Shown: positions 28,119 to 36,937 of the stretch, in pieces
How the letters are laid out: each line of letters starts with the position of its first letter
Position numbering within the stretch: the stretch's first letter is position 1
Origin: a virus
Length of the DNA stretch: 64,000 bases
Reading direction: 5' to 3' (one strand)
IMG/VR virus record: IMGVR_UViG_3300027857_000012
Location: 1-64,000 of that record
The notes under the pieces: model-generated
The model's database searches: none
The model's input: the letters and a program-made list of their open reading frames with translations, nothing else
What the model was told of the DNA's origin: nothing
Translations under genes and position numbers: made by a program

Positions 28119-28787
28119 ATGAAAGCGAAAACACAACGAGCCATTGTGTCAATGGTTGTTGCTTCGATCACATTTCTGTTGTTAACGCTGATTGGATTTG
28201 ATATTTATCCATTAACAACAGGGAATGATGCACTTATTGTGGAGCAACAAGCATGGCTTCAAGTTGTTCGTGATGAATATCTTGCAAAGAGTGTTCTCAT
28301 ACTCGCATATAGACCGGTGTCTTCACACTCACAAGCAATTAGCAATTTGCAAGTGATTCTTCCAGGATTTCAGCAAACACAAAGCGGACTTCTGAATGGT
28401 GATACACTCCTCGGATTGCCGAGCAATCCGAGTGATGATGTGAAACGAATACTACAACAGGCGCAAAGTGATTATGTGCCACTTGTTGCAGCGCTCAAGG
28501 TCATTCTTGCACATCCTGATGGGCCAGTTGATCCAACAGAAGTTGACATTGTGTTGTTGCATGATTATCCATACAGTATTACGATGGCTGGATTGGCAAC
28601 ACTCCTTCAACAACAAGCAGAAGCAGTCAATCTTCATTTAATCATCATCAAGTTGATACTCAAAACGAGTTTGATTGCCATCATTGTAGGGTATCACTTT
28701 TTGTCAGGGAGACGCATGTTTGACAAACTCGTTGAAATAGAAATGACAGAGGAACAAGCAGAAAGACATCAAAAAACTATATCTTAA
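28119..28787 (+). CDS. two-TM protein with PilJ/NarX-like extracytoplasmic helical sensor domain
   Basis: TM-domain-TM; LAKSVL, F.Q.Q.GL.NGD..LGLP.N.S, M..L...L.Q.AE pattern. Confidence 0.55.
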   Translation: MKAKTQRAIVSMVVASITFLLLTLIGFDIYPLTTGNDALIVEQQAWLQVVRDEYLAKSVLILAYRPVSSHSQAISNLQVILPGFQQTQSGLLNGDTLLGLPSNPSDDVKRILQQAQSDYVPLVAALKVILAHPDGPVDPTEVDIVLLHDYPYSITMAGLATLLQQQAEAVNLHLIIIKLILKTSLIAIIVGYHFLSGRRMFDKLVEIEMTEEQAERHQKTIS

Positions 28788-28891
28788 GAAAGCAAACTGT
28801 GTTATAATAGAAATAATAACCCAGCGTACCAACATTCGAGCCATAGAGGAACACTAACATAGGCCATTCTCAAAAAGGATGGCCTCTTTTT

Positions 28892-30697
28892 ATGGCTGAA
28901 GATACACTGACTTCGCCTCCGAGCACAACGACACATAATGTGAGCGCAACAATTACAAACCTCACAGTCACACCAGCATCAGAAGTCAGTGTGACTGTTG
29001 GAGGCATGACAACGAGCACTGAAGTGCTTGATCGACGAGATTTCCCTCAAGCTGAACGAGACGCCATGGATTCTGAAGATTTTGGCGGTCCACACGAATC
29101 ATTCCCCATTAAATCACAAGAAGATGTACATAATGCCGCAAAACTCATTGGACATGCTGATGATCCAGACGCTGTCAAAGCGAAAATCAAACGAATTGCA
29201 AAACGAAAGGGGTTTTCGTTGCCAAAAAGTTGGGAAGATGATACAGCATCTGAAGGTAAAGATCGAGCAGCACAACCTGGCGATCATCCTCCATTCAGTG
29301 GAGCGCATACACACAAACATCTTACATTTAGTGCAGGTGATGATGGAGATATGCACGCACATGATCATGAGCACGATGACGATTCGAATCACAAACATTC
29401 ACATGCAAACATGTCGAAACAAGAAACACCCCCAGAAAAAGAACGAGCAGTTGCGTATACACCTGATCGATTCTCTGTCTATCTCCCTATTACACGCGTT
29501 GACGGAACATCTCGAATGGTCACTGGACAGGCCACGGTGGAGAAACCAGATGCCTATGGCACCATTTTCGGGTATTATCCAGAGGCATGGCTCAAGTGGC
29601 GAGGCAACATGCGAGAACAGCATGACCCGAAGAAAGCGGTTGGGAAAGCGATTGAGGTTGTGCCAGATGAACAAGAGCGAGCCATTTATGTAACATCAAA
29701 AGTCAGTCGAGGCGCTCAGGATACGTGGCTCAAAATTGAAGATGGTGTGTTAACTGGGTATAGTGCATCAATCATTCCAGACCCTGAATTCGGAAATGAT
29801 CCTCGCAAGTGGCCCAAAAAAGAATACAACGGGAAAGACTATCCATATCTCCCTCGTTACACTGTTGCTGAAACCTCCTATGTCGATAATCCTGCCACGC
29901 CAGGATGCAACATTTCACTCATTCGAGCAGATGGATTCCTCACTGAAATCGTTGATGTGTCTGAACCAGATCAACCAGTATCGCAAGAACGTGCTGGTGC
30001 GCGTGTGTCTGGATCAACGAAAAGTAAAATGCACGAATCAATCGGGCATACGCTTCACGCTGCTGTTTCTCAAATGAAAAACTGCAATTGCCCTGCGTGC
30101 GAAGAAACGATGCGGGTCATTGATCCTGACGGAGATGGAGACATCGACCTCGGAGGCTATGACGACCCAGATCATTCATCTGATGCACCAAAACCATCTG
30201 CGACTGAAGATATGGAACGAGTCGTTACTGGGCTGATTGAACGATCATTACAACCCGTCTATCTTCGATTGCAGAGTATTGCAGGAACACTCGCGAAAAC
30301 GCCATCATCAGTGCCACAAACACATCAAGATATTGATGCACTGTTTTCTGGTGCACTCACTCGAGCACTTGAAACGCTCGATGCAAAATTCGCGCTGCTC
30401 GCAACACAAGCAAGCTTCGACGAAGTACGCGCTGAATTGTCAGCGGTAAAAGGTCAAGTTGACAAAATTGCTGAACAGCCACTTCCTGGTGGTCCTGTTG
30501 CAAATGCTGGGTCTCTGCCGCACCCCGCAGAGAAAACGCTTCCAACAGATGCACCTGTTGCATATGGTCGACAGAGTTATGGCTCTGTCTACGACGCCAT
30601 TGCACACTTGTCGAAACACGGACAACTCGATACACAAGATAAACAAGTAGACGCTATGACCGCTGGTCTAATTGCACAGCGGCAAGCGAGGAGATAA
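28892..30697 (+). CDS. prohead protease/scaffold fusion
   Basis: directly upstream of capsid gene; RMVTGQAT.E.PD, MREQH, GVLTGYS, ETSYVDNPA motifs of HK97-type proteases; helical C-terminus. Confidence 0.8.
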   Translation: MAEDTLTSPPSTTTHNVSATITNLTVTPASEVSVTVGGMTTSTEVLDRRDFPQAERDAMDSEDFGGPHESFPIKSQEDVHNAAKLIGHADDPDAVKAKIKRIAKRKGFSLPKSWEDDTASEGKDRAAQPGDHPPFSGAHTHKHLTFSAGDDGDMHAHDHEHDDDSNHKHSHANMSKQETPPEKERAVAYTPDRFSVYLPITRVDGTSRMVTGQATVEKPDAYGTIFGYYPEAWLKWRGNMREQHDPKKAVGKAIEVVPDEQERAIYVTSKVSRGAQDTWLKIEDGVLTGYSASIIPDPEFGNDPRKWPKKEYNGKDYPYLPRYTVAETSYVDNPATPGCNISLIRADGFLTEIVDVSEPDQPVSQERAGARVSGSTKSKMHESIGHTLHAAVSQMKNCNCPACEETMRVIDPDGDGDIDLGGYDDPDHSSDAPKPSATEDMERVVTGLIERSLQPVYLRLQSIAGTLAKTPSSVPQTHQDIDALFSGALTRALETLDAKFALLATQASFDEVRAELSAVKGQVDKIAEQPLPGGPVANAGSLPHPAEKTLPTDAPVAYGRQSYGSVYDAIAHLSKHGQLDTQDKQVDAMTAGLIAQRQARR

Positions 30698-30698
30698 A

Positions 30699-32453
30699 AT
30701 GACAAGTTTTGATGCACTCGTAAAAGAACAACTGCCACCAGGTGCGCAGAAGAGTGGCGATGCAAAACCGACTGGCGTCATTGACGAAAGTCTCTATACA
30801 GAAACAGACGTCCTCGCCAATCAGGCTCGGGCAATGGCTCGTGCTCGAAATGGTGTTGTCTATGAAAATGGTGATCAATTTGGTGATCGATTCATTCAGC
30901 AAATTCGAGCACTGAATGTGCCGAAGCAGTATGTCCATCAACGCCTGAGCGAAGAAACACTGAATAGCATCATGGAAGGTGCTCAGCAACGTGACCAACA
31001 ATACATTGGTAACAATGCTGATTGGACGGGGTATTATCTCGAACCGCTTGCGAAATTCGTCGTACCATTCGACACACCATTCCGCAATATGCTCCCTCGA
31101 ACACCCTCTGTCGGTATCGATGTTGAAAACTGGCGTGCGATCACTGATGTTTTTGGTGGTTCTGGTCCATCTGTCGGATCATTTATTCTTGCACAACAAA
31201 CGGCGCCGCAAAAAGCGTCATACACGTGGGTCAATAAATCGAATATTCTTCGACAAATTGCCTTCAGTGATGTTGTGACAATCGAATCAGAACTCTACGG
31301 TCGAATGTTCGAACCAGATGTTCGAGCAAAGGTCGCCAGCAAACTCGCGCCATCGTTGATGCTTGGACAAGAAGTCTGGTATCTGAACGGTGCACAAAAT
31401 CTCTGGGCTCCACCTCCTCCAAATACACCAACAACGGCGACATCTGGTGGAACGATTGCAGCCGCAACAAACTGGATCATTGTGACAGCAGTGAATGCGC
31501 AAGGAGAAACACTCGCATTTGGTGGTTCAACACCTACTGCACTCTCACAGGTTACGTCCGGATCAACAAGCACCGTCTCATTCAATATCATGCGTGTGCC
31601 AAATGCCGTCTCATACAATGTCTATGTCGGAACTGGATCAACACAACCTGCGAATTCAGCCATGTGGAAGCAATCTGCAACAACACAATTTGGTGGTGCA
31701 TCAGCGTTGAATGATCCGGGCGGTCTCGCTTCTGGATACTTCAATGTGACTGCCACTGCTGCATGGGCAACATCAGGAACAGCCTACAGCACGACAGTCA
31801 GTGCTGGAAACACTGCCGTCGCATTCACATCTGGTGGTGGTGGGACGCCCGCAAACCAACCACTTGTTTTCGACGGTATCCAAAGTTTGATCTACAACAA
31901 CGCAGGTACACTCTCGACTGTTGGTGTTGGTGGCGAAACAGCGGCAGTTCGTCGTGTTGCCGATACTGGCGGGGCACTTGCAAAATCAGACATCGACGGA
32001 TGGCTCGAATCGATGTATCTGAACGCTCGTGCGAACCCAGAAGCGCTCCTTGTCAGTGTCAAAGACCATAAAGCATTCACAAATATTATCACAACGAGCA
32101 CAAACTTCCGTGTGAATGTGCAACCAACACAAGCAACATTGTCTGATATGGTTGGTGGAGGACGAGCGACAAAATGGTTGAATCAAACAACTGGTCGCCT
32201 GATCGATATTATCATGGTTCCGTACCTGATGCAAGGAACAGTCATTGCTGCGTCGCTCACACTGCCATTCCAAGTTGCTGAAATTGACAAACCACCGCTA
32301 CGCGTTAGCACAAACAGAGAAATGTGGGCGCTCGAATACCCACCTGATCAAAGTCACCCAACACAGTGGATGTATGGGGCGTATTCGAGTGAAACAGTCG
32401 TGTGTCAATACCTTGGCGGGCAAGGCATTCTCACGGGTATTGTCACAGCATAA
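30699..32453 (+). CDS. major capsid protein with inserted Ig/FN3-like domain
   Basis: position; YYLEPLAK.VVP.DTPFRNMLPR; insert with VTAVNAQGET..VPNAVSYNVYVGT; terminator follows. Confidence 0.8.
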   Translation: MTSFDALVKEQLPPGAQKSGDAKPTGVIDESLYTETDVLANQARAMARARNGVVYENGDQFGDRFIQQIRALNVPKQYVHQRLSEETLNSIMEGAQQRDQQYIGNNADWTGYYLEPLAKFVVPFDTPFRNMLPRTPSVGIDVENWRAITDVFGGSGPSVGSFILAQQTAPQKASYTWVNKSNILRQIAFSDVVTIESELYGRMFEPDVRAKVASKLAPSLMLGQEVWYLNGAQNLWAPPPPNTPTTATSGGTIAAATNWIIVTAVNAQGETLAFGGSTPTALSQVTSGSTSTVSFNIMRVPNAVSYNVYVGTGSTQPANSAMWKQSATTQFGGASALNDPGGLASGYFNVTATAAWATSGTAYSTTVSAGNTAVAFTSGGGGTPANQPLVFDGIQSLIYNNAGTLSTVGVGGETAAVRRVADTGGALAKSDIDGWLESMYLNARANPEALLVSVKDHKAFTNIITTSTNFRVNVQPTQATLSDMVGGGRATKWLNQTTGRLIDIIMVPYLMQGTVIAASLTLPFQVAEIDKPPLRVSTNREMWALEYPPDQSHPTQWMYGAYSSETVVCQYLGGQGILTGIVTA

Positions 32454-32496
32454 GCGAAGTCACGCATTTCATCCTTGGTCGACTCAGAGGTCACTG

Positions 32497-32539
32497 AACC
32501 CTAGAGCAGATGCATCGTCATTCTAGGGTTTTTCTTTTA
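32497..32539 (+). terminator. intrinsic terminator after capsid gene
   Basis: AACCCTAGA/TCTAGGGTT stem followed by TTTCTTTT. Confidence 0.7.
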
Positions 32540-32559
32540 TTCAAAAGAAGGAGACCTGT

Positions 32560-32868
32560 GTGGATAATCCAAATATTGCATCCGGATCGAGTTCAACGCC
32601 AAACGCGCTTGATCGTGTTGGATCGAAGGCAACATTCCCTGTAGGACCGTCGATTGATGCACCACAATCAAAAGCTGTTGGCACATCATACCAACTCTCA
32701 AATGCGAACACTGTTAGTAGATCACCAACACAGGTAAGTGGGACTGGTACAAATGTTGCAGGACAAGCATCAATGTCAGTCCCTTCTACGAAAATGTCAT
32801 TTGACAAAGTACAACCAAAAATGATGCCAACAACACCAGGCCCTATGGGCACTGATCACAAACCATAG
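32560..32868 (+). CDS. low-complexity Ser/Thr/Pro-rich hypothetical protein
   Basis: GAAGGAG RBS, GTG start. Confidence 0.6.
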   Translation: MDNPNIASGSSSTPNALDRVGSKATFPVGPSIDAPQSKAVGTSYQLSNANTVSRSPTQVSGTGTNVAGQASMSVPSTKMSFDKVQPKMMPTTPGPMGTDHKP

Positions 32869-32877
32869 GAGAAATAC

Positions 32878-33477
32878 ATGCCAAATCCAGCGACAGACGG
32901 ATCAGTGCCACAAGATACGCGTGGCGTCCCTGCAAATAGCGTATATGTACCAGGTACTGGAACAATTGCGCAGCAAGGTGGAACACTATCTGTCGACAGT
33001 ACTGGCACACCGTCAGCACCAAGTAGTGATAACATAGCGCAGGTGGCAGGGGCAGTTGTGCCTGTCGCCACTGATAATCTTGCATTTGCAGGGCAATTTC
33101 CTGCCATTCAAATGGGACAAACTGGTACAGGCGTTGTTTCTGTTGAACGTGTGCCAAATAAAATTTTGAATGTGCCTGGCACAGCGGTCACGGCTGGAAC
33201 AGCGGTCTCCATCTGGACACCAACGTCAGGAAAGAAATTTCGCTTAATGGGGTATCACCTTTCGAGCACTGTTGCGTCTTCACTCATTTTCAAAGATGGA
33301 ACAAGTAGCGGCAGTGCTGTCGAATTTTTACGAACGCCAATTCAAGCAGTGAATACTGGCACACCGAGTCCTCCTTTAGGCAATGGGTTTCTTTCAGCAG
33401 CGGCAAACAATCAATTGTGGCTTGATGTCACAGCAAGTGGAACTGTACATGGATTCGCAATCGGCATCGAAGAATAG
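32878..33477 (+). CDS. putative virion decoration/fibre protein
   Basis: AGGAG RBS; N-terminal YVPGT..QGG..S.D..G..SAP motif shared with 35220-35666. Confidence 0.6.
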   Translation: MPNPATDGSVPQDTRGVPANSVYVPGTGTIAQQGGTLSVDSTGTPSAPSSDNIAQVAGAVVPVATDNLAFAGQFPAIQMGQTGTGVVSVERVPNKILNVPGTAVTAGTAVSIWTPTSGKKFRLMGYHLSSTVASSLIFKDGTSSGSAVEFLRTPIQAVNTGTPSPPLGNGFLSAAANNQLWLDVTASGTVHGFAIGIEE

Positions 33478-33485
33478 AGGTACAC

Positions 33486-33701
33486 ATGCAGACACCAGGT
33501 GATCCACTCAATGTTCAGAATTTACCTTGTGCACAGGGCATCGTGCCAAATGTTCTCTATGTACCAACGTATCACACAGTAGCCAGCGGTGCATACGTTG
33601 GGGGGTACCAATGGATTGTCCCAACAACGGTCCCAGTCACAACACTGACATATCAAACAATTTCAATGTTGCCACTCACACCTGAACAAAAATCATCATA
33701 A
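33486..33701 (+). CDS. hypothetical protein
   Basis: GAGGT RBS, tight operon spacing. Confidence 0.55.
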   Translation: MQTPGDPLNVQNLPCAQGIVPNVLYVPTYHTVASGAYVGGYQWIVPTTVPVTTLTYQTISMLPLTPEQKSS

Positions 33702-33705
33702 TGGA

Positions 33706-34602
33706 GTGCAAGTGGATACGTACATCAGTTGGTTTGATTGGAGTCAAGAGACAACAGGTCTCGAATGGGCATCACTCGTCGGAAATACTGGGCGCCTTGG
33801 AACAATCACAATGGGTGCAACGACGCTCCCAATTGTTCCAGCACTGACTGCAACACAAATCAACCAATATGATGTTATTACGATTTTTGATGGATCGTCA
33901 TCTGAAACAGTCACAGCAACTGCGCCAATTTCGATTGGTGCAACAGCACTCACGACAACGGCAACGACATTCGCACATGCTGCCGGAACGTGTTATTGCA
34001 CTGATGGAGCACTAGGGAGTCTTGCAAAACAGATCATCAAAGCGAGTCAATGGCTCGAAACAATTTGTCGTCAATCGCTTTTTGCGACAACATACACAAA
34101 CGAAGAATTAGGCATGCCGACAATGCGTGCATCGATTGACAATCACTCAACATTGCATTTTCGACCAAGACATTGGCCGATTAATTCGTTGACAGCACTT
34201 TCAATCGTGACAATTGTCGGCAGTTCGATTACACTTGACCCGACACAGGTCATCATTGATTCAGATAAACAAATTTGTAGTTTACCTAATTTTCAAACAC
34301 TTTCGATTGGAGGAGGCACAGTTGCTTATCCTCCGTGGAATATTGTCAGTCGGTACCAAGAAGCACAACTTATTTTGACATATACAGCTGGGTACGCGAC
34401 ACTTCCAGCAGATATCACCGAAGCAGTTGTTCTTTTAACAAGTGATATTCTTGCGAAACGGCAAAATCCTGTCGGAGCAACAGAAATTGATAGTGGTGTT
34501 CGACGAAACATTGCTGTACTGCGAGGTGATAACACAGGTGAAAGTTTGCTTTTTAAACGGGCAAAACGAATTCTTGACAATTACACAATGCAGTCATTCT
34601 AG
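33706..34602 (+). CDS. head-tail adaptor (gp6/gp15-like) with insertion
   Basis: I.KASQWLE.IC, YTAGYATLPADITEAV.LL, AKRILDNY motifs. Confidence 0.7.
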   Translation: MQVDTYISWFDWSQETTGLEWASLVGNTGRLGTITMGATTLPIVPALTATQINQYDVITIFDGSSSETVTATAPISIGATALTTTATTFAHAAGTCYCTDGALGSLAKQIIKASQWLETICRQSLFATTYTNEELGMPTMRASIDNHSTLHFRPRHWPINSLTALSIVTIVGSSITLDPTQVIIDSDKQICSLPNFQTLSIGGGTVAYPPWNIVSRYQEAQLILTYTAGYATLPADITEAVVLLTSDILAKRQNPVGATEIDSGVRRNIAVLRGDNTGESLLFKRAKRILDNYTMQSF

Positions 34603-34610
34603 GAGTCCAC

Positions 34611-34931
34611 ATGTCAGAAGATGTTCGAGGGAACATTGTGCGAGGAACACAATCCGTCATTTCGAACATTGTTGTGCAATTAGACAAATTGAACCCATTG
34701 GAAGCATCTGCGTATCAGGGCGCTGACCCGCATTTTACATATCGAGCAATTACGATCATGGTTCCGCTCGCTGATACACAATTCATTCGATTTCGTGACC
34801 ATCTTATTGATCAAAATGTCATCGATACAGTTACGAATGTACAACGAATTTATTTGATTGTGAGCGATCCTGAAATGCACACCATCGATGGACATTGGCA
34901 GTGGGTGTGCACGAGAATGAGAGGAAAATAG
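34611..34931 (+). CDS. putative head closure protein
   Basis: 106 aa beta-rich protein following the adaptor. Confidence 0.5.
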   Translation: MSEDVRGNIVRGTQSVISNIVVQLDKLNPLEASAYQGADPHFTYRAITIMVPLADTQFIRFRDHLIDQNVIDTVTNVQRIYLIVSDPEMHTIDGHWQWVCTRMRGK

Positions 34932-34933
34932 CA

Positions 34934-35200
34934 ATGCGAACACGACAAGCAAAAAGTGCACATATCAGCGAAGTGCCCGATCCAGTCGGGCTTCCGTCCA
35001 TAGCGCCACTCACAATGCCAGAACCATCACTTGAAGAACGTTTTCTCGCGCTCGAACAACGTCTTGAGAGTCTCGAGCGGCAGGCGCACACAGAACATAC
35101 GATTGGGCAGGAAACGCTTGATTCAATTGCAGCGCACGTTGTTCGTCGTTTAAACGAGCACCTCCGACAAATGTCAGGAGGCGTCCCACAAGAACCGTAG
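34934..35200 (+). CDS. hypothetical coiled-coil protein
   Basis: GAGGA RBS; LEERFLALEQRLESLE. Confidence 0.6.
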   Translation: MRTRQAKSAHISEVPDPVGLPSIAPLTMPEPSLEERFLALEQRLESLERQAHTEHTIGQETLDSIAAHVVRRLNEHLRQMSGGVPQEP

Positions 35201-35219
35201 GGAGCCACGAGGCAGATGC

Positions 35220-35666
35220 ATGGTCAACTTTGGATCGACGCCGACAAGTACGACGCCACTTGGAACGAATCAGTTTCCTGTCAGCGCAACATATGTTCCA
35301 GGAACAGCTGGAGGCAATCTCACAGCACTTCAAGGTGGACCAATCTCAACCGACGGATTGGGCAACGTATCAGCACCTGTCGTTGTTGTTTTCGGAGGCA
35401 CTGCAACATTTCCAGTGCCAGGTAATTCTGGTGTAACCGTCGTTCGAAATAGTCCCGGTCGTTTAGCAAGCGTGATCGTAACAACGAGCGGATCAGCACA
35501 ACTCAATATTTATGATAATGCAACGCAAGCATCTGGAACGATTATTGGTGCAGTTCCAGCCAATGCAGCAGTTGGTTCTGTGTATGCATTCAATAGCCCT
35601 GCTGCACTTGGAATTGTTGTGAATTCAGTTGCATTTAGTTGTTCTGTGACAATTTGCTATTATTAG
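35220..35666 (+). CDS. putative decoration/fibre protein
   Basis: C-terminal domain homologous to that of 35678-36928. Confidence 0.65.
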   Translation: MVNFGSTPTSTTPLGTNQFPVSATYVPGTAGGNLTALQGGPISTDGLGNVSAPVVVVFGGTATFPVPGNSGVTVVRNSPGRLASVIVTTSGSAQLNIYDNATQASGTIIGAVPANAAVGSVYAFNSPAALGIVVNSVAFSCSVTICYY

Positions 35667-35677
35667 CGGAGTAAGCT

Positions 35678-36928
35678 ATGTCAACAGTCAATGTAGGGAA
35701 CTCAACGAGTAATCCCGTTCCAGTGAACGTGAATGCGGCACTCCCAGCTGGCGGTAACACCATTGGCAATGTCAACATTCAAGCAAGTGGTTCTGCTGTC
35801 TCGCTTGGACAAGCGGTCATGGCTTCCTCGCTTCCAGTCGTTATCGCGAGCAACCAAAGTAATCTACCCACGAACTTTGTTCAAGTCGCTGGATCCGCGA
35901 TTGCAACAGCTGCCACCGGCATCATCAAAGTTGGATTAACTGATGGCACAGGCAATGCCATTACAAGTACCTCTAGCGCGATTGATGTCAACATCAAAAG
36001 TGGAGGAGGCTCTGGTTTCAGTGTTGTCGATGAAGTGGCATGGACAGCAGGCACGTCTGCACTCGTACCAACAGGCGGCGTCTTCAATGATTCTGCTGCG
36101 GCACTCACATCTGGGCAAGAAGGCACGATTCGACTCACGAACAATCGTGCTATTCACGTCAACCTTCGTGACGCAAGTGCGAATCAATTGCTAGGATCAA
36201 AGACAAGTGCCAACTCTTTGCCAGTTGTCATTGCGTCTGATCAAGCCGGGCCACTTCCTGTTGCGGGCATGGTTGCATCTGGATCAGCGAATGCCAATAA
36301 TCCTGTGAAGATTGGTGGTGCCTTTAACACAACGCAACCGACTGTCACGAATGGGCAGGCAGTTGATGCGCAGTATTCTGCTCGTGGTGCAGCCATCGTC
36401 ACGACGGGTGTCGATACATTCAATGTCACGATCAATGCAGCTATTCCAGCAGGCGGCAATACGATTGGTGCCGTCACACAAGCATCTGGTCCATGGACAT
36501 CGAATATTACACAAGTCGGCGGATCATCACTTGCGCTCGGACAGACCACAATGTCTGCAAGTGTCCCTGTTGCCTTTGCAAGTAACCAAAGCTCGTTAGG
36601 TGTCACACTTCCTGCAAATAACACGACGATGATTGGTGTTGTCAGTCCAGGAGGTATTTCGACATCAGCAATTGCAGCGGCAGCCACGAACACTGTTGTC
36701 AAGAGTGGTGCAGGTCGACTCTGTCGCGTTATGATCACGACATCTGGCACTGCTGCGCTAACATTTTACGACAATGCAACGGGCGGATCAACGACTGGCA
36801 ACATTCTTGGAGTCATCCCTGCAAATGCTGCTGCCGGGTCTGTCTACGATTTCCAATTTATCGCATCAACAGGTATTCAGGCACCGGGAGGTGCAAGTAC
36901 ACCTGCAGTAACTGTTGGGTATATCTAA
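35678..36928 (+). CDS. putative fibre protein with internal repeats
   Basis: repeated SLPVVIAS(N/D)Q and PAGGNTIG motifs. Confidence 0.7.
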   Translation: MSTVNVGNSTSNPVPVNVNAALPAGGNTIGNVNIQASGSAVSLGQAVMASSLPVVIASNQSNLPTNFVQVAGSAIATAATGIIKVGLTDGTGNAITSTSSAIDVNIKSGGGSGFSVVDEVAWTAGTSALVPTGGVFNDSAAALTSGQEGTIRLTNNRAIHVNLRDASANQLLGSKTSANSLPVVIASDQAGPLPVAGMVASGSANANNPVKIGGAFNTTQPTVTNGQAVDAQYSARGAAIVTTGVDTFNVTINAAIPAGGNTIGAVTQASGPWTSNITQVGGSSLALGQTTMSASVPVAFASNQSSLGVTLPANNTTMIGVVSPGGISTSAIAAAATNTVVKSGAGRLCRVMITTSGTAALTFYDNATGGSTTGNILGVIPANAAAGSVYDFQFIASTGIQAPGGASTPAVTVGYI

Positions 36929-36937
36929 AGGCATACA

